From Kiritimatiellia bacterium (lineage in GTDB: Bacteria > Verrucomicrobiota > Kiritimatiellia > RFP12 > UBA1067): 64,000 nt of DNA. A program made the position numbers and the translations under genes. Of this stretch, positions 15,310 to 24,092 are shown one piece after another. Location of the stretch: positions 1,103 through 65,102 of the forward strand of contig JAZRVL010000043.1 of assembly GCA_045599105.1 (NCBI GenBank), given 5' to 3'. Position 1 is the first letter of the stretch. Every line of letters starts with the position of its first letter. The notes under the pieces are model-generated. The model made no database searches. It worked only from the letters and a program-made list of their open reading frames with translations, and was not told the origin of the DNA.

Positions 15310-16080
15310 GTGGAAAAAGTTATATTAGTTTCGGTAGTTAACGATTATGCTCGATACGATCGGTGTATCCGAAAAAATCCTTTTGTCCTTGCCCAAGACA
15401 ATCTCCAATTGGTAGATTTTGATAATACCCAATCGAATCTCCCTATCCCTAAACGATATAATGACTTTATTAAGTCATACGATTTTAATACTCCTGCTTG
15501 GATCATCTTTTGTCATTGTGATTGGGAGCTATTGTCCGACATCAATCAATGGGTAGCTCGCGTCGACCCCAACTCCGTCTATGGTCCCATCGGTGTGCGC
15601 ACCTTGTCGATTAATGGAAAGGTTCAATCCCTATTTTGCGGGAGCGTCATTGAGCGTCGCAGAGATGGTAGCGATCCAAGGCGCATTGGACATAGTTGGA
15701 ATAAACTTCCTTTAGAGACTTTAGATTGCATGGCCTTTGCGATTCATTCGTCCTTGATTAAGGAGTTAAACTTTAGCTTTGACGAGCATTTGGAGTGGGA
15801 TTGTTATATTGAAGATGCATGTATTCGGCTTAGGAAGTTAGGAAAATTAGTTTGGCAAATGGGGATAAAGTCGTGTCATTGGTCAGGTTATCATCAAGTC
15901 CCGCCTTCATATTTGCGCACCCTAAAGTACATGAACGAAAAATATCCGAATGAGCTTCATGCTGGGACGGTTTCATTTATTGGGGGAAAGGAAGCCAAAA
16001 TCGCCAATAATTTTGAATATGCCTTTGCACTTCTTAGGGAGGCGTGGAGAAGCGCATTGACGAAGGGCGAAGGGTTTTGA
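15310..16080 (+). CDS. Glycosyltransferase-like protein (GT-A fold, Glyco_tranf_2_5-like)
   Basis: IPKRYN..I, IIFCHCDW, TLDCMAF and FDE...YIEDAC motifs. Confidence 0.7.
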   Translation: MEKVILVSVVNDYARYDRCIRKNPFVLAQDNLQLVDFDNTQSNLPIPKRYNDFIKSYDFNTPAWIIFCHCDWELLSDINQWVARVDPNSVYGPIGVRTLSINGKVQSLFCGSVIERRRDGSDPRRIGHSWNKLPLETLDCMAFAIHSSLIKELNFSFDEHLEWDCYIEDACIRLRKLGKLVWQMGIKSCHWSGYHQVPPSYLRTLKYMNEKYPNELHAGTVSFIGGKEAKIANNFEYAFALLREAWRSALTKGEGF

Positions 16081-16086
16081 TATAAT
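16057..16086 (+). promoter_or_regulatory. tRNA promoter
   Basis: TTGACG (16057) and TATAAT (16081) 18 nt apart, with extended -10 TG. Confidence 0.7.
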
Positions 16087-16101
16087 ATGACCAACTTATC
16101 C

Positions 16102-16175
16102 GGTGGGATGGCCGAGCGGTTAGGTCGCGGACTGCAAATCCGCTTACAGCGGTTCAACTCCGCTTCCCACCTCCA
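16102..16175 (+). tRNA. tRNA-Cys (GCA)
   Basis: Acceptor stem GGTGGGA/TCCCACC, U73 discriminator and encoded CCA; anticodon arm GCGGA-CTGCAAA-TCCGC; T-loop TTCAACT. Confidence 0.95.
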
Positions 16176-16181
16176 ATTTTA

Positions 16182-16595
16182 ATGGTGGGTAAACAAAAGT
16201 CCAAACAATTAGCCTCGGTTTTAACCGTCTTCGCATGGTTTTGGGCTGCGTATGAGTGCAATACGATAGGTATTGACGTATTTGACATGATTTTATTGAA
16301 GGGTCCGACGAATGGCGTTTTCGTTTGGGTTTTGGCGGCGGTTTTATCATATTTAACTATAATTTGGATGGAGAAGAACCTGCTAACGCGCTCGATTATG
16401 GCGATATTCATGCTCATTCCGGCGGAGTTGTTTAAGTTTACGCGCCCGCTCGTCCCCGATAGCGGCTTTGCGCCGATTCAGCTTTTAGTTGGGCTTGCGT
16501 ATATTCTTGCTATTATCGGCATGTATGGGATGTTTTATCCATGGCGGATTGAAAAAGCGCTTAAGTTTATTTTAGGAAAGAAGGATGAAAAATGA
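16182..16595 (+). CDS. Hypothetical membrane protein (about 4 TM helices)
   Basis: 137-aa hydrophobic ORF; stop overlaps the next start (ATGA). Confidence 0.7.
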   Translation: MVGKQKSKQLASVLTVFAWFWAAYECNTIGIDVFDMILLKGPTNGVFVWVLAAVLSYLTIIWMEKNLLTRSIMAIFMLIPAELFKFTRPLVPDSGFAPIQLLVGLAYILAIIGMYGMFYPWRIEKALKFILGKKDEK

Positions 16596-19366
16596 AGAAG
16601 CTTTTGATTGCGAGCGTGATTTTATCGCTCGTACAGTTTGCGGATGCAGCATTTACGCGTTTAGTACCTGAAGACGGCATTTCCAAGGCCTTTACCCTTA
16701 AAAGTGATGGCGACAATGAATATGTCGTTCGTTTTTATCGCCCCAATGTTTTTCGTTTAGAAGTTGCGAAGAAGCTTTGGGAAGGCGACGAGACCAACCG
16801 TACTTATCGATTGGATTTTGCGGACAAGCTTAACAATCCTAATCACGCGCAGATTTTGCTTGATAATTACGCCGAGGACATGACGAGTGTCAAGTTTGCC
16901 GACAAGGACGACAAGTTTACCTTCAAAACGACAGAGATGATCGTCGAGTTCGACAAGCTTACGGAAATTATGAGTGTCTATGATTATTACGGCAAGAAGA
17001 TTTTCACTGAGACCGAGGCGATTTCGATTGCGACCAATGAAACTATCCAAACGCTTGCATCGGCGAAGGACGTTCGTTATTATGGTGGTGGCCAGCAAGT
17101 TGGAAAATTGATGCACAAAGGTCGCAAGCTCAAAATCGATTGTGACTATGAGTGGGCGGAAGGAGGCGTGCCCAATCCAGTGCCGTTTCTTATTTCAAGT
17201 GAGGGCTTTGGCCTAATGCGCCATACGTTTTCGGCGGGCGAGTATGATTTGACAGCGGAGGAGACCGCTTCGCTCAAGCATGATGAAGTGCGATTTGACT
17301 GCTTTTATTTTATTGGCAACTTTAAAACCATTTTAGATCGCTACACCGAAGCAACTGGGCGGCCGAATTTACTTCCGATGTGGGCGCTTGAGCTTGGAGA
17401 CGCGGATGCGTATATTACGCGAGAGAATGACACGAAGTATCCCAAGCAAGAAAAGGATGGGGAGTTTACGGAGCTTACGCCCATGGTAGCTAATCGCGTA
17501 GCGATGAAGTACCGTGACATGGATATGCCTGGCGGTTGGATATTGGTAAACGACGGATATGGGTGTGGTCATATTTTATTGGGCTCAACGGTTCGCGAGT
17601 TGTATGAGCTGGGCTTTCATACGGGACTTTGGACGGAAGGCAAGCTCGATCGCATTGCATGGGAAGTCAGTAAGGCAGGAACGCGCGTTCAAAAGTTAGA
17701 TGTCGCGTGGACTGCTCAAGGCGGGGACTATAAAATGCAGCACGCCTTGCAGTGCAATAAGGACGCATACCTTGGCATCACCACCAATGTGAATGCGCGC
17801 GCATTTGTTTGGTCGGTGCTTGGCTGGGCGGGCTCGCAACGCTATAGCATTGCTTGGTCGGGCGATCAATATGGGGGCTGGGATTTAATTCGCTACATGA
17901 TTCCAACGATTACGGGCTCGGCGATGAGTGCGCAAGCGTACGCTTCGGCGGATGTCGACGGGATTTTCGGCGGCTCCAACGAGACGTATTTGCGTGACTT
18001 GCAATGGAAGTGCTGGACGACGGCGATGTATGTGATGAATGGTTGGAGCCACGTAAATAAAAGTCCTTGGAGTTATCCCGAGCCCTATCGCTCGCTCATC
18101 CGCGACGCGCTTAAAAAGAAGATTCGCTTGACGCCGTTTTTCTATACGCTCATGCGCAATGCGTGGGAGTCGGGCGAGCCCATTATTCGTCCAATGGTTT
18201 GGAATTATCCTTTTGCGGCCGAAGAGAACGAGGACTTTGACGAGAAAACGAAATATCAGTTTATGGTCGGCGATAGCATCATCGTTGCTCCTATTTATAC
18301 GCCAATGTCGGTCAACAAGGGCTGGTGGCGCAAGGGGATTTATATCCCCGAAGGCGAGTGGTACGATTACAACGACGGTCGACAAGTGAACGGCGATCAA
18401 ATGTTGATGGCCTATCCAATTGAGCTTGATAAAATTCCCGTCTTTGTGCGCGCGGGCTCAATCATCCCAATGTACCCCGAAGCGCTCACGACGAGCGGCG
18501 CAGACATCTCCACGCTCACCTTTGACATTTGGCCCGATCACGGACGCGGCGCGTGCACGATTTACGAGGACGATGGCGAAACGCTAAACTATCTTCATGG
18601 CGCGTATTCCTTGCAACAACTTGTTGCCATTCACGACGAAGTGCCTTTTCGCTACGAGCTTTCGCCGGTGATGGGCGAGTTTGATGGCAAGCTTGCGAGG
18701 CGCAAATATGAGTTTATGATTCACACCCAAGCCGAGCCGGAGATGGTGCTACTTGATGGAGTTGAGCTTAAGCATTTAACTACGACTAATTGCATCAAGC
18801 GCCTTTATGCGAATGTGCGCCAAGGTTGGTATTATGACAAGGACGAGAAGTTTGGTACTCTCATGGTCAAGCTCGCGCCACGCTCGACAGAGGTCGTAAC
18901 GACATTGGAAGTTCGCTTCCCGAACGGCGAGCTTGAGCGCGTGATGACACCTGACTATCCAGTTCCAAGCGTCGAGGAAGAAGAAGCCGCCGACGAGCCC
19001 GTCAAGAAGCCGGCAATTGAGTTTGTCAAAGATACCTCGCTCATTAATGGCGCAGATATGGTCGTTAAAGACGGCAAGCGAGTGACGATTGGACCGATGG
19101 ATGGGACTTTCATTCGCATCACGGGCCACGTCGCAACTCATCCTGATAATGACGACGATGCGCGCTTTACCTTCACGATTCTTGCCGACGATGAGAAGAT
19201 CTTTGAGCGCGCCAATATGAAAGGTGGCGATGTGCCGCAACTTATTGCAGTAGACATCCCAGCCAATAAGCATTGGATCAAGTTTGACTTCAAGGCGGAC
19301 GATGAAACTTTAGAATCCAAGAATGCCAAGGGCGTTTGGAAGAATGTGGAGTTTATAACTGAATGA
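16592..19366 (+). CDS. Secreted GH31 glycoside hydrolase (alpha-N-acetylgalactosaminidase-like) with DUF5110 and a C-terminal NPCBM-like module
   Basis: Signal peptide; YYGGGQQ, WILVNDGYGCG, KLDVAW, GSQRY..WSGDQ and DVDGIFGG motifs. Confidence 0.85.
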   Translation: MKKLLIASVILSLVQFADAAFTRLVPEDGISKAFTLKSDGDNEYVVRFYRPNVFRLEVAKKLWEGDETNRTYRLDFADKLNNPNHAQILLDNYAEDMTSVKFADKDDKFTFKTTEMIVEFDKLTEIMSVYDYYGKKIFTETEAISIATNETIQTLASAKDVRYYGGGQQVGKLMHKGRKLKIDCDYEWAEGGVPNPVPFLISSEGFGLMRHTFSAGEYDLTAEETASLKHDEVRFDCFYFIGNFKTILDRYTEATGRPNLLPMWALELGDADAYITRENDTKYPKQEKDGEFTELTPMVANRVAMKYRDMDMPGGWILVNDGYGCGHILLGSTVRELYELGFHTGLWTEGKLDRIAWEVSKAGTRVQKLDVAWTAQGGDYKMQHALQCNKDAYLGITTNVNARAFVWSVLGWAGSQRYSIAWSGDQYGGWDLIRYMIPTITGSAMSAQAYASADVDGIFGGSNETYLRDLQWKCWTTAMYVMNGWSHVNKSPWSYPEPYRSLIRDALKKKIRLTPFFYTLMRNAWESGEPIIRPMVWNYPFAAEENEDFDEKTKYQFMVGDSIIVAPIYTPMSVNKGWWRKGIYIPEGEWYDYNDGRQVNGDQMLMAYPIELDKIPVFVRAGSIIPMYPEALTTSGADISTLTFDIWPDHGRGACTIYEDDGETLNYLHGAYSLQQLVAIHDEVPFRYELSPVMGEFDGKLARRKYEFMIHTQAEPEMVLLDGVELKHLTTTNCIKRLYANVRQGWYYDKDEKFGTLMVKLAPRSTEVVTTLEVRFPNGELERVMTPDYPVPSVEEEEAADEPVKKPAIEFVKDTSLINGADMVVKDGKRVTIGPMDGTFIRITGHVATHPDNDDDARFTFTILADDEKIFERANMKGGDVPQLIAVDIPANKHWIKFDFKADDETLESKNAKGVWKNVEFITE

Positions 19367-19367
19367 T

Positions 19368-19475
19368 ATGCTTGAAGCATTGACAATTTTAGTCACGGTT
19401 CTTGGAGGACTTGGCGTATTTCTTTTGGGGATGAAGCACCTCTCGGAGGGCTTGCAAGCGGCGGCTAAGCGATGA
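19368..19475 (+). pseudogene. 35-aa remnant of a Na/Pi cotransporter (NptA/YjbB-like N-terminus)
   Basis: Hand translation MLEALTILVTVLGGLGVFLLGMKHLSEGLQAAAKR* matches the GGLxxFLxGMxxxSEGLQ opening motif; the stop overlaps the next ATG. Confidence 0.7.
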
Positions 19476-20752
19476 TGGACGCTTTTCTCTCGCTTTTATC
19501 CGTCATTTTAGGCGGCGTAAGTTTTGCCTTATATCCCATTTGCTCCATCATTCTGGCGGCGCTTTTTGTTTATTTGATGGTGGTCGAGTCGGGCGCGATG
19601 GCGATGATCAAGGAGGGGCTTGCGGCAATCTCCCAAGACCAGCGTGTCCAAGCGCTCGTCATCATTTGGGGCTTTGGCAACTTCATGGAGGGCATGGCGG
19701 GCTTTGGGACGGCAGTCGCAATTCCGGCGGCGATTTTAGTGGGAGTTGGATTTAATCCGTTAAAGTCGGTAATGATGGCGCTGGTTGCCAATACTACGCC
19801 TACGGTCTTTGGCTCGGTGGGCGTGCCGCTGATGACGCTGGCGAAAGAAAGCGCAGTTGATAGTGCGTCTCTAACTTGGACTTCGGCCTACTTGCAGCTA
19901 ACGATCACCGCCTTAGGCCCCGTACTTATTTTGCTTATCCTTGATGGCTGGCGAGCGTTAAAGGGAATGGTCTTAAAAGTGCTTATTGCGGACATTGCAT
20001 TTCTTTTGCCGTGGATGGGAGCGGCGAAGTTTTTGGGCTGTGAGCTTCCGAACATCTTGGGCGGAGTTATGGTGATGCTTGTCTTTCTTGCGCTTTCGCC
20101 CAAAGCGATTTCACGCGCTGGTTTTGCACGTCAAGTGCACGCGTGGCTCCCGTTTGGTTTGGTTGTTGTATTTCTCGCTTTGGCGATTCCACTGCCGAGT
20201 CAAGTGCGCAAGTTTTTATCGCCTCCTATTCTCGTAGTTTTGGCGGGCTTCGTGGGCGGCTTTGCGCAAGGCCTCGCCTTTAAGCGAATGACGAAAGCGC
20301 TTTTTGAGACAGTAGTTAAATATAAAAAAGCCGTCTTTACTATCGTTATTACTTTGACTTTCGCAAGAGTCATGGTGCACTTGGGCGTCATTGATTTTCT
20401 CGCGCGTTCACTCGTTAAAGCTACGGGCGCATATTATCCATTTTTTGCGCCGCTCGTTGGTGCGCTGGGTGGATTTTTGACGGGCTCGGGGACAAGCTCC
20501 AATGTGCTATTTGGCGCACTTCAGCGAGCGGCCGCAGACGAAATAAATGTCAGTAGTGCGCTCCTTGCCGCCGCCAATGTGATGGGCGCGGGCATTGGCA
20601 AGATGATCTGCCCCCAATCAATCGCCATTGGCGTTGCCGCCGCCGCGCTCGCATCCAAGGCGAGTGAAGTTATGCGGCGAATGCTGCCTTGGTTTTTGGC
20701 GATCATCTTTTTAGCTTGCATCATTACGGGAGCGCTAACTAATTGCGTATGA
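19472..20752 (+). CDS. L-lactate permease family (LctP), apparently N-terminally shortened
   Basis: DQRVQAL...FMEGMAGFGT, ANTTP..FGSVG, GGFLTGSGTSSN.LFG and GKMICPQSI motifs. Confidence 0.85.
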   Translation: MMDAFLSLLSVILGGVSFALYPICSIILAALFVYLMVVESGAMAMIKEGLAAISQDQRVQALVIIWGFGNFMEGMAGFGTAVAIPAAILVGVGFNPLKSVMMALVANTTPTVFGSVGVPLMTLAKESAVDSASLTWTSAYLQLTITALGPVLILLILDGWRALKGMVLKVLIADIAFLLPWMGAAKFLGCELPNILGGVMVMLVFLALSPKAISRAGFARQVHAWLPFGLVVVFLALAIPLPSQVRKFLSPPILVVLAGFVGGFAQGLAFKRMTKALFETVVKYKKAVFTIVITLTFARVMVHLGVIDFLARSLVKATGAYYPFFAPLVGALGGFLTGSGTSSNVLFGALQRAAADEINVSSALLAAANVMGAGIGKMICPQSIAIGVAAAALASKASEVMRRMLPWFLAIIFLACIITGALTNCV

Positions 20753-21930
20753 AGTATCATTTAGTAGGTATCGGTGGAGTCGGTATGAGCGCACTTGCAA
20801 CTGCGCTTGCAAAGCAAGGCCATAGCGTAACTGGCGCCGATCGCATGCTTGATTCGCCTAACATAAGCGCACTAAAAGCGCGTGGGATCAAGGTCTTCGC
20901 CGATGATGGGAGCGCCGTCGATGATACGATAGACGAGGTAATTGTCTCTACCGCAATCGAAAGTACGAACTTAACTTTACTTAAGGCGAAGTCCCTTAAC
21001 TTGCCTATCGTTCACCGTGCCACGGCGCTCGCCAAAGCGCTTGAAAGCTACAAACTGGTTGCGGTCGTGGGGACTTGCGGCAAGTCCACGGTCACCGCGA
21101 TGCTCGGCCACATTTTAAGTGAGTGCGCTTTTGATCCAATGTGCGTTAATGGCGCGAATGTCGTGGGCTGGGACGGGGCGGTCCTGTTTGGGCGAGGCGA
21201 GTATGCGGTTGCGGAAGTCGACGAAAGCGACAAGTCGCTCGTCGCTTTCAAGCCCTACGCCGCCATCGTCACCAACTCCTCGGCCGACCACTACTCCAAA
21301 GCCGAAATGGACGAAGTATTCGATAACTTCATTAAAGACCTCCCCGGCCCCGTCGTCGATGCGCGCGGCGAAGTTTATGCGAGCGAAGCTTACGACTTGC
21401 AAAACGCCTCCCTCGCTATTCGCATGGCCGTGAAACTTGGCGTAGAGGAAGCTTTGGCGCACAAGGCGATGGCGAGCTTCCCGGGCGTTGAAAGACGCTT
21501 ACAGCGCTATGGCGCGCGGGTTTACGACGATTATGCGCACAATCCCGAGAAACTGCGAGCGATGTGGATGGCGCTCGCCAAGCGCCACGTGCGCGGGCTA
21601 TGCGCCGTTTGGCGACCGCACGGCTACGCGCCCTTAAGGAAGATGAAAGCGGCGCTGGGCGAAATGTTCAATGAGGTCATTCGTCCAATGGACAAGTTAC
21701 TTTTACTTCCCGTCTATGATGCGGGCGGGACCACCGATAGGTCAATTAACTCTGATGCGCTTTTCGAGCTTATCGACGCAGGCAAGGCGGAGATGGTCGC
21801 CGATTTGGACGAGGCCTACGAGTGGATAAAAGCGCATCAAAACGCTTACGAAGCGTTTGTCACTGCGGGCGCGCGCGATGTCGCATTGCCGCACTTAGCA
21901 AAAAGGATTGAGCGATGTTTGAGCGAATAG
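20749..21930 (+). CDS. murC: UDP-N-acetylmuramate--L-alanine ligase-like Mur ligase (compact)
   Basis: HLVGIGGVGMS, GTCGKST, VAEVDESD, FPGVERR and DDYAHNP motifs. Confidence 0.75.
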   Translation: MKYHLVGIGGVGMSALATALAKQGHSVTGADRMLDSPNISALKARGIKVFADDGSAVDDTIDEVIVSTAIESTNLTLLKAKSLNLPIVHRATALAKALESYKLVAVVGTCGKSTVTAMLGHILSECAFDPMCVNGANVVGWDGAVLFGRGEYAVAEVDESDKSLVAFKPYAAIVTNSSADHYSKAEMDEVFDNFIKDLPGPVVDARGEVYASEAYDLQNASLAIRMAVKLGVEEALAHKAMASFPGVERRLQRYGARVYDDYAHNPEKLRAMWMALAKRHVRGLCAVWRPHGYAPLRKMKAALGEMFNEVIRPMDKLLLLPVYDAGGTTDRSINSDALFELIDAGKAEMVADLDEAYEWIKAHQNAYEAFVTAGARDVALPHLAKRIERCLSE

Positions 21931-24092
21931 CCGGAGAAATTGGGGCAAATCCACTACAAGTGGCGGCGGTAGTCAAGCTCTTGGATGAGGGTTCGACGAT
22001 TCCTTTTATTGCGCGTTATCGCAAGGAAGCGCACGGCAACCTTGATGAAGTTAAAATTGGCAAAATCAGCGAGCGCCTCACCTACTACCGTGAACTCAAC
22101 GAGCGCAAAAAGACGATTCTCAAATCCATCGACGAGCAAGGCAAACTCACGGACGAACTTAAAGCGAAGATTCTCGCAACCTACGTAAAAAGTGCGCTTG
22201 AAGACTTGTACCAGCCCTACAAGCCCAAGCGCCGCACACGGGCGGAAATCGCGCGCGAGAAGGGCTATGGACCGCTCGCGGAGAAAATGTGGAATGGTGA
22301 GGTTGATGGAGGTGAAGAAGCTCTACAATATGCGCGAGATATTATTGCAGAGCGCATTGCCGATAATGCGGATGTGCGAGGAGCGGTGCGTAATGCCTTT
22401 AGGACAAAGAGTATTATAAAGAGTGAGCGTGTAGGTGGAGTAGGCGACGCTTCATCTCCAACTAAATTCGAGCAATACTACGATTTTGCGGAGCCGCTTT
22501 CGACGATCCCCTCGCACCGTTATCTTGCACTTCGTCGTGGCCAAGCGGAGAAAGTTTTGTGGGTGCACTTGGAGCTTGATGTAGAGCCGGTCATCGAGCG
22601 CATCCTTGAAATTATCGGCAAGTCCTCGCCCCAAATTGAGCTTGCGGCACGTGACGCTTATAAACGGCTTTTGGCGCCAAGCGCCGAGATTGATGTTACC
22701 ATCGAGAAGAAGATGGAGGCCGATCGTGCGGCGGTGGAGGTCTTTGCGGAGAACTTGCGCCATTTGCTTTTGGCGTCACCCTTGGGCGAGAAGCCGGTAT
22801 TGGCGATTGATCCCGGGATTAGGACGGGGTGCAAAGTGGCGATGCTGGACTCAAGCGGCAAGTATCTGGGCAAAACCGTCATCTACCCTACGCAAAACCC
22901 GAGCGAAGCGGAGAAGGCGATTGCGCTTATCGTCTATAAATACAAACCGGAGGCAATAGCGGTCGGCAACGGCACTGCGGGGCGCGAGACGGAGGCGTTT
23001 GTGCGGGCGACCTTAAAGAAACTTCACGCCCAACACCCCGAAGTGCCCATCCCCATCGTCGTTTCGGTGAGCGAGGCGGGCGCGTCGGTCTATTCGGCCT
23101 CGGAGATCGCTCGCAAGGAATTTCCCGATCTTGATTTGACGGTGCGAGGAGCGATTTCAATTGGGCGGCGCTTGCAGGACCCGCTGGCGGAATTAGTCAA
23201 AATCGACCCCAAGGCAATCGGCGTTGGCCAGTACCAACATGATGTCACAGAGACGCTACTTGGCGCGAAACTCGATGAAGTGGTGGTATCGTGCGTAAAT
23301 GGCGTTGGAGTGGAGCTCAATACCGCCTCCGCCCCGCTCTTGGAGCGGTGTTCGGGGCTTTCGCCCTCGCTGGCGGCCGCTATCGTCGAGTGGCGCAACA
23401 CCAATGGCAAGTTCAAGAGCCGTGAAGACCTAAAGCGCGTCAAGGGCTTGGGACCGAAAGCGTTTGAGCAATGCGCAGGATTTTTGCGTATTCGGGGAGC
23501 GAAAAATCCGCTCGATAGCTCGGCCGTGCACCCCGAGCGCTATGAGCTCGTGGAGAAAATGGCGGCGGATATCGGACTTAAAGTGGACGAGCTTGTGGGA
23601 AATCAGCTCGCAGTAAAGAAGATTGATGTTAGGAAGTATGTACTTGAGGTGGGTGAGGCGACATTAAAGGATATAGTTGCTGAACTTATAAAACCTGGGC
23701 GAGATCCACGCAAAGAGTTTGTGCGAGCGAAGTTTCGTGAGGATGTCACCACCCTCGAGGATGTCAAAGAAGGAATGAAGCTCGAGGGGATTGTTACCAA
23801 TGTCACCGCATTTGGCGCGTTTGTGGATATAGGAGTTCACCAAGACGGCCTCATCCACTTAAGCGAGCTTTCGGACAATTATGTGAGCGATCCCGCAAGC
23901 GTAGTAAAGGTCGGGGAGAAAGTGACCGTCACAGTCCTTGGCATTGATCGTGAGCGTGGAAGGATATCACTTAGTGCAAAGACAAAGCCAACCTCCAACT
24001 ATTCCCTCCAACTATTCCCTCCAACTATTCCCTCCAACTATTCCCTCCAACTCAACACATCATTCACCATCAATCCATTTGCAAATTTATGA
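21915..24092 (+). CDS. tex: Tex RNA-binding transcriptional accessory protein (YqgF, HHH and S1 domains)
   Basis: TIPFIARYRKE, AIDPGIRTGCK, SEAGASVYSAS and S1-domain FGAFVDIGVHQDGL motifs. Confidence 0.93.
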   Translation: MFERIAGEIGANPLQVAAVVKLLDEGSTIPFIARYRKEAHGNLDEVKIGKISERLTYYRELNERKKTILKSIDEQGKLTDELKAKILATYVKSALEDLYQPYKPKRRTRAEIAREKGYGPLAEKMWNGEVDGGEEALQYARDIIAERIADNADVRGAVRNAFRTKSIIKSERVGGVGDASSPTKFEQYYDFAEPLSTIPSHRYLALRRGQAEKVLWVHLELDVEPVIERILEIIGKSSPQIELAARDAYKRLLAPSAEIDVTIEKKMEADRAAVEVFAENLRHLLLASPLGEKPVLAIDPGIRTGCKVAMLDSSGKYLGKTVIYPTQNPSEAEKAIALIVYKYKPEAIAVGNGTAGRETEAFVRATLKKLHAQHPEVPIPIVVSVSEAGASVYSASEIARKEFPDLDLTVRGAISIGRRLQDPLAELVKIDPKAIGVGQYQHDVTETLLGAKLDEVVVSCVNGVGVELNTASAPLLERCSGLSPSLAAAIVEWRNTNGKFKSREDLKRVKGLGPKAFEQCAGFLRIRGAKNPLDSSAVHPERYELVEKMAADIGLKVDELVGNQLAVKKIDVRKYVLEVGEATLKDIVAELIKPGRDPRKEFVRAKFREDVTTLEDVKEGMKLEGIVTNVTAFGAFVDIGVHQDGLIHLSELSDNYVSDPASVVKVGEKVTVTVLGIDRERGRISLSAKTKPTSNYSLQLFPPTIPSNYSLQLNTSFTINPFANL
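23992..24061 (+). repeat. 13-bp tandem repeat CCTCCAACTATTC x4.7 plus tail CAACACATC, inside the tex 3' end
   Basis: Units start at 23992, 24005, 24018, 24031, with a partial unit at 24044. Confidence 0.95.

Noticed and set aside
11851-16175. tRNA-Cys-targeted genomic island or prophage
   Set aside because: No integrase, I saw no duplicate of the tRNA 3' end, and the accessory block is on the 5' side of the tRNA.
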